Origin: Patescibacteria group bacterium
GTDB taxonomy: Bacteria; Patescibacteriota; UBA1384; UBA12157; JAENIV01
Direction: 5' to 3'
Length of the DNA: 64,000 bases
Assembly (NCBI GenBank): GCA_049515915.1
Contig: JBEKTP010000001.1
Location: 6,855-70,854, forward strand
Below are positions 59,400-64,000 of this stretch, piece by piece (the first letter of the stretch is position 1; every line of letters starts with the position of its first letter). Both the position numbers and the translations under genes were made by a program. The notes beneath the pieces were generated by a model. The model saw nothing but the letters and a program-made list of their open reading frames with translations. It was not told the DNA's origin and made no database searches.

Positions 59400-59775
59400 T
59401 AAAAGTGAGGTGGCGCCCGCCTTGATGGCGGGCGCCGTAGAAATCATGGCGAGAAGCTTGTATTTGTGATTTGTAGGTCTTGGTGGATACATCTGATACG
59501 TATAACAAGCTTCTCGCCAATACTTTGAGACGAAACGGTCGGGGGCCTGTAGTCAGGCCCCCGACCTCCCGAGGCCGGAACTGTCAAGCTCAAGTCAGGA
59601 AAGCACAGTCGGGGTTAACCCGGTCCGCTCTCCCGAAGAGCGTCTGACTGCGATCCGATCGCTCGGGCCCGCCATCAACCAACAACTCGAGAGGGCGGGT
59701 TTAGCGAACGAAGCAACAACTGCCCGGCCCGTTTCTGTTTTTGTGGGATGATGGCCTCATTCAAAGACACAAGTA
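59400..59775 (-). ncRNA. Candidate structured ncRNA C (~375 nt)
   Basis: TTGACA-16-TATAAT promoter (59808-59781); several long perfect stems; 3' hairpin GGCGCCCGCC/GGCGGGCGCC. Confidence 0.55.
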
Positions 59776-59829
59776 ATCACATTATACAAGTTTTTTGGCT
59801 CGTGTCAAGATAGACATTATTTCTCTTTA

Positions 59830-59878
59830 AAACACAAAAAACGGGCTGGAGTACTCCCATAACCCGTTTTTTGTGTTT
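59830..59878. terminator. Bidirectional intrinsic terminator
   Basis: AAACACAAAAAACGGG...CCCGTTTTTTGTGTTT. Confidence 0.7.
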
Positions 59879-59889
59879 AATATAGCTCT

Positions 59890-60567
59890 CTACTTTAATT
59901 CTTTGCGAATTTTCTCCAAGATATCTTTGGCAACGCCTTGTCCGCCCAGACCGAAAGCCAGTCCACCGGCGATCGCCAAGAAAGCAACTAAACCGATAAA
60001 GAATGTACCAATCAAATTTTCGGCCACGCCCAATTGGCTTAAAACAGCTAAGAAGGTAAAGATAATAATCGAATAGCGAACAATTGCGGCCACGGCTTCA
60101 GAGGCGGCAAAATTGGCGGCCAGCATGGTACCTTTGACCACGTTCGAAAGAAAATGAGCCAAAACCAAGCCAATCAAAAGAATCGCACCTGCCGCAATGA
60201 CCGACGGAGTGAAAGCGAGAATTCGGTTAAGAAAGTCGGCCACACTAGGCAATTGTAAAGTATTCGCCGCCGCGATGAAGGCCACCAAATAGATAATCCA
60301 CTTGGCCACGCCCGCTAAAAGAGCGGTCGTATCTTTATCAATGTTGCCTTTTTTGAGAAGATCCTCAACTTTGGCCTTTTCGAAGAGTGTCTGCAGTCCG
60401 ATGATTCTAAAAAGCCGGTCGATAACCATCGCCACCAGCATGCCGACAATCCAACCAAGTACCAGAATAATGAAGGCACCAACGATATTCGGCAGAAAGT
60501 TAATGAACCGATCCCAAATACTCCTCCAGCTGTCCGAAACCGCGGTTGACCAATCTGTAATAACCAT
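59890..60567 (-). CDS. CmpX-like / MscS-family TM-helix-repeat protein
   Basis: Repeated F.PNI.GA..IL..GW units; GLAFGLGG. Confidence 0.8.
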   Translation of the reverse strand: MVITDWSTAVSDSWRSIWDRFINFLPNIVGAFIILVLGWIVGMLVAMVIDRLFRIIGLQTLFEKAKVEDLLKKGNIDKDTTALLAGVAKWIIYLVAFIAAANTLQLPSVADFLNRILAFTPSVIAAGAILLIGLVLAHFLSNVVKGTMLAANFAASEAVAAIVRYSIIIFTFLAVLSQLGVAENLIGTFFIGLVAFLAIAGGLAFGLGGQGVAKDILEKIRKELK

Positions 60568-60777
60568 GATTTACCTTAGAAGGATTTAGATGGATTTAAC
60601 AGATCCATCTAGTATTATAACTTGCCTGTCCCGACCAAAGTCGGCTAACAGAGATAGATCGACCCTTTTCTCCCGTGAAATTTTACAAAAGTTAAGGGAT
60701 TTCTATCCACCCCCAGAATATGGCTTTAGAAATCAAAAATCAATCTAAATGTCAACCCCCACACCTAAACCTTGAGA

Positions 60778-61563
60778 TTACGGGGTCGAAATGATTTTAA
60801 GCGGATTATCGTGAATTTTTTGCTTGAGTTGTTGGCTAGTTAAAGTTTTATCCAACACTAAGCCGTGGCAAAGAGGAATAAACGATAAAAATGAGGCAAA
60901 ACCCGTCCCTTTTGGTCGCGGGATAGGCGCGTAGTCAGAGGAAACACAATCAATCGTCCCGTCCTTAAGTGCCGCTTTAATTGCCTTGATATCTTCGATA
61001 TCACCCAGCGGTGGATTAACCGGCTTATCTTCAACTTCGCTATTATAGCTAAAATAATGTGGGCAAGTCTCAGCGGTAAATCTTAGGCCCCGTCTTTTGT
61101 ATTCGCGAATGACATTAATAGTTGAGGCTTTAGAAATATGTTGAAGATGCAGCCTTCCGCCAACTTTTGATAACACCTGGAGATATTTTTCGACCATTTC
61201 CGTCTCTGGCTCGGCATGAAGCATCACTAAAACATTCTTTTTCAATACCGTCGCGAGTAATTGTAAATCTTTCAGACAATCGCCATCGTCGGAAAATCCA
61301 GCCACATATGGTTTAATTGAATCGATATCAGCCAGATCTTTTCCCTTCCGGCCAATCGTAATCGCACTGACCGGCATGGCTTTAATATGTCTTTTTTTCT
61401 TCAACGACGCTTTGATGGCTGCCACATTATCTAAGCAGGGATGAGTATTGGCCATATATAAAACCATTCCAATCCCCGCTTCTTTGGCTAATCGCGTATG
61501 GAATGGGATATTGTCTCTGAGATGCGTATGCAAATCAATTACTTCATATCCTAAATTAATCAT
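60778..61563 (-). CDS. pyrC: Short dihydroorotase-like amidohydrolase
   Basis: DLHTHLRD, MANT.P, FSDDG, ETCPHY, VNPPL, SDYAP. Confidence 0.8.
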   Translation of the reverse strand: MINLGYEVIDLHTHLRDNIPFHTRLAKEAGIGMVLYMANTHPCLDNVAAIKASLKKKRHIKAMPVSAITIGRKGKDLADIDSIKPYVAGFSDDGDCLKDLQLLATVLKKNVLVMLHAEPETEMVEKYLQVLSKVGGRLHLQHISKASTINVIREYKRRGLRFTAETCPHYFSYNSEVEDKPVNPPLGDIEDIKAIKAALKDGTIDCVSSDYAPIPRPKGTGFASFLSFIPLCHGLVLDKTLTSQQLKQKIHDNPLKIISTP

Positions 61564-61568
61564 TTTTG

Positions 61569-61641
61569 TGGACCGTGCCGGATTCGAACCGGCGACCTCG
61601 ACATTGCAAATGTCGCGCTCTACCAGCTAAGCTAACGGCCC
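61569..61641 (-). tRNA. tRNA-Ala(UGC), CCA not encoded
   Basis: Cloverleaf with G3:U70 identity pair, anticodon TGC, GTTCGAATC T-loop. Confidence 0.95.
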
Positions 61642-61653
61642 ATCGTATCTATT

Positions 61654-61866
61654 TTACCAATGAACAGTCGTGACAAAAACTAAACTGCCGATGATAAGAA
61701 TGATGCCAATCAATTTCCAAACGGTGTAGGTGCTGCCGGCACCTAGTCTGATCTCGGCCCAGTCCATTTTGCCAAACATTCGGACAATCGGCTCGGTGTA
61801 CATTAAAATCAAAAGTCCAAGAGCGGTGCAAGCTAAAAAAATTAAAACCTTTTCAATAAAAACCAT
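61654..61866 (-). CDS. Small two-TM hypothetical protein
   Basis: FG..DWAE..LG.G.TY..WKLIG pattern; GGAGG upstream. Confidence 0.7.
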   Translation of the reverse strand: MVFIEKVLIFLACTALGLLILMYTEPIVRMFGKMDWAEIRLGAGSTYTVWKLIGIILIIGSLVFVTTVHW

Positions 61867-61877
61867 CTTTCCTCCGT

Positions 61878-62381
61878 CTACTTAAAGATAAGCCAAAGAC
61901 TGCCGGCGATAATAATGACTTCGCTTAAAAGTCCCCAATACCATTTCTTGGGATCTAGATTGTAATGGACTCGGTGGTGTAAATAATGAATTTGTTTTAA
62001 GACTGGCCAGGAAAGCGTCGGGTAAAAGACCGGATTATCCAAAATATCAACCGCCATCCCTAAAAACCCGCCCAATATAATCCAGCCAAAGTTTGGCCGG
62101 CCGTAAAACAAGACAACCACCAGAATCCAAGCAAAAATAAATTCTAAAATTACGAAAAGGTAAATCCAGAGCGGCCACGGCCGATCATGGCGGTGCACTT
62201 CCTCAAGCTTAACGACTTTCTGGTAGCCCAGTTGTCTTTGATTGTGAAAAGTGCCCGGATCAAGATGTGGCAAGGCATCCAAAACGAAGTGGGAAAAAAA
62301 GGCCAGCGTTAATCCTAAAGGAATATTTTTGGTGTTCGCCACAATCGCCGCGCCGGTCAAAAGATGGGGTGTGATCGTCAT
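61878..62381 (-). CDS. Membrane protein, putative metal-dependent hydrolase
   Basis: H...GA, SHFVLDALPH.D, HHRVH motifs. Confidence 0.65.
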   Translation of the reverse strand: MTITPHLLTGAAIVANTKNIPLGLTLAFFSHFVLDALPHLDPGTFHNQRQLGYQKVVKLEEVHRHDRPWPLWIYLFVILEFIFAWILVVVLFYGRPNFGWIILGGFLGMAVDILDNPVFYPTLSWPVLKQIHYLHHRVHYNLDPKKWYWGLLSEVIIIAGSLWLIFK

Positions 62382-62440
62382 TTTAAAACCGATCCGATAG
62401 TAACTTGAATTTTATCATTTCTAAAGAACGTTTTCAAGTC

Positions 62441-64000
62441 TTAGGAGATATCCGACAAACTGACATGCAAAACGCCATGTTCTTTGATAACGCCTTCGAG
62501 CATTTTTTTAGCCAAGAGATTTTCGATTTTTTCTTCCATCACCCGGCGCAAAGGACGCGCGCCAAATTCCTGGTTATACCCCAACTCAATTAATTTCGCT
62601 AAGGCCGCGCTTTCCACTTCGACGCGGATTTTTCGTTCCTCGAGTTGTTTATTAATTTCACCAATCATCAAGCCCGCCACTAAAGTGAGATTTTCCCTTG
62701 TCAGCGGCTTAAAGGTAATGACGCCATCAAAACGGTTTAAGAACTCCGGCGTAAAAATGGCTTGCTTTTGAAGCTGATCAATTAAAGTAGTTTTTAACTG
62801 CTCGGCGCTGAGCCGACCGACATTTTCCCGGATAAATTCTGAGCCAGCGTTGGAAGTACCAATAATAATGGAATTAGTAAAATCGCTGACTTTACCGCGC
62901 GGATCGGTCAAGCGGCCGTCCTCGAAAACTTGCAAGAAAATATTAAGGACATTTTTATCGGCCTTTTCGAGTTCGTCTAATAAAATCAGCGAGAAAGGTT
63001 TAGCCAAAATCGCATCGGTTAAAATGCCGGCCGGATTTTGAACCGTTCCAATCAGCCGATCGAGCGAATCCGGTTGTTCATATTCGCTCATATCTAAGCG
63101 AATCATATTTTTTTCACTGCCGAAGTAACTTTCCGCCAGAGCTTTGGCCGTTTCGGTTTTGCCGACACCGGTCGGGCCTAAAAATAAAAATACCCCGGCG
63201 GGTCGCTTGCCCGTCGTCAAACCTGACCGGACCCGCCGTAAAGCATTGGCGACCGCGTTAATTGCTTCGTCCTGCCCAATAACTCGTTGGTGCAGAATCG
63301 ATTCTAAATTGAGAAGCCGGTCTTTTTCTTTCTCGCCGACTTGGCCAATCGGCACATTGGTTCTTTTGGAAACCAAGCTTTCAATTTCGGCTGGCGTGAC
63401 GATTTTAATTTTTTCACCCTGTAGCCCGACCGCCGATTCTTCCAGCAATCTCAAGGCTTTTTCCGGAAACGGCACTTCGTGAATATAACGCGCTGAGAGC
63501 TCCACGATTTTTTTGAGCGTCTGATACGGATAGAAAACATTATATTTATATTCGACGTAATTAACCGATTCCAACAAAATGGGCGGGACATCTTCAGGCT
63601 CAGGGGCGGCGACCTCGATTTTTTCCATTGCTTCCTCAATGCCTGTTCGACGTCTGACCACCGAAAAATAATCATCGGGGCTGACAGAGGCAATAATTCT
63701 AAGGTTTGAACTTTCCAAATAGGGAATTAAAATCTGCGAGGCATCAACGCCGCCGACGTCATTGGCCGCTGCGCTTCCGCCGAGCAAACTTTGAAAATTA
63801 TTAATATAGAGAATAATATTGCCCGCCCCGACCGCATCCGAAAGCGAGCCTTCCAGTCTGGCTCTGACGGTGCCCGCCTCGGCGCCAGCTAAAAGTTTAC
63901 CGATATTAAGTTCGCGAATTCGTTTATATTTCAAGGCCGGTAAACACCTTCCCCTTGCCAATTTTAAGGCGAGCGCGTTAATAATGGTTTGCTTGCCGAC
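62441..64000 (-). CDS. ClpA/B/C-family AAA+ chaperone (5' end outside window)
   Basis: GQDEA, GPTGVGKT, LDELEKA, PEFLNRFD, GARPLRR. Confidence 0.92.
   Translation of the reverse strand, partial: VGKQTIINALALKLARGRCLPALKYKRIRELNIGKLLAGAEAGTVRARLEGSLSDAVGAGNIILYINNFQSLLGGSAAANDVGGVDASQILIPYLESSNLRIIASVSPDDYFSVVRRRTGIEEAMEKIEVAAPEPEDVPPILLESVNYVEYKYNVFYPYQTLKKIVELSARYIHEVPFPEKALRLLEESAVGLQGEKIKIVTPAEIESLVSKRTNVPIGQVGEKEKDRLLNLESILHQRVIGQDEAINAVANALRRVRSGLTTGKRPAGVFLFLGPTGVGKTETAKALAESYFGSEKNMIRLDMSEYEQPDSLDRLIGTVQNPAGILTDAILAKPFSLILLDELEKADKNVLNIFLQVFEDGRLTDPRGKVSDFTNSIIIGTSNAGSEFIRENVGRLSAEQLKTTLIDQLQKQAIFTPEFLNRFDGVITFKPLTRENLTLVAGLMIGEINKQLEERKIRVEVESAALAKLIELGYNQEFGARPLRRVMEEKIENLLAKKMLEGVIKEHGVLHVSLSDIS

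Overview
AT-rich bacterial chromosome segment with hallmarks of Patescibacteria/CPR (inference: intron-riddled 23S rRNA not linked to 16S, shortened rRNA helices, short MurF, class IIa GlyRS, few SD sites on core genes). About 1-14.7 kb is an accessory/defence region: small genes separated by a recurring same-orientation 17-bp motif (minus strand GAACTAAAAATCRYCGA), two HhH glycosylase-like genes, and a type I R-M locus with three genes inserted between hsdM and hsdS. About 14.8-53.8 kb is mostly housekeeping (argS, tyrS, PBP1A, radA, pyrB, recJ, dcw cluster mraZ to ftsQ, glyQS, recO, mutM, EndoQ). About 54-59.1 kb holds 23S-5S rRNA with four group I introns (L1917, L2500, L2596, L2656), two with LAGLIDADG endonucleases; L2656 lies in the sarcin-ricin loop and L2500 appears to end in A instead of G. 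Three GC-rich, hairpin-dense, promoter-to-terminator units with no credible ORF (47.2-47.75, 47.8-48.35, 59.4-59.8 kb) are candidate novel ncRNAs. The window ends with pyrC, tRNA-Ala and a partial Clp ATPase. All calls are from reading the sequence by eye; no searches or folding programs were run.
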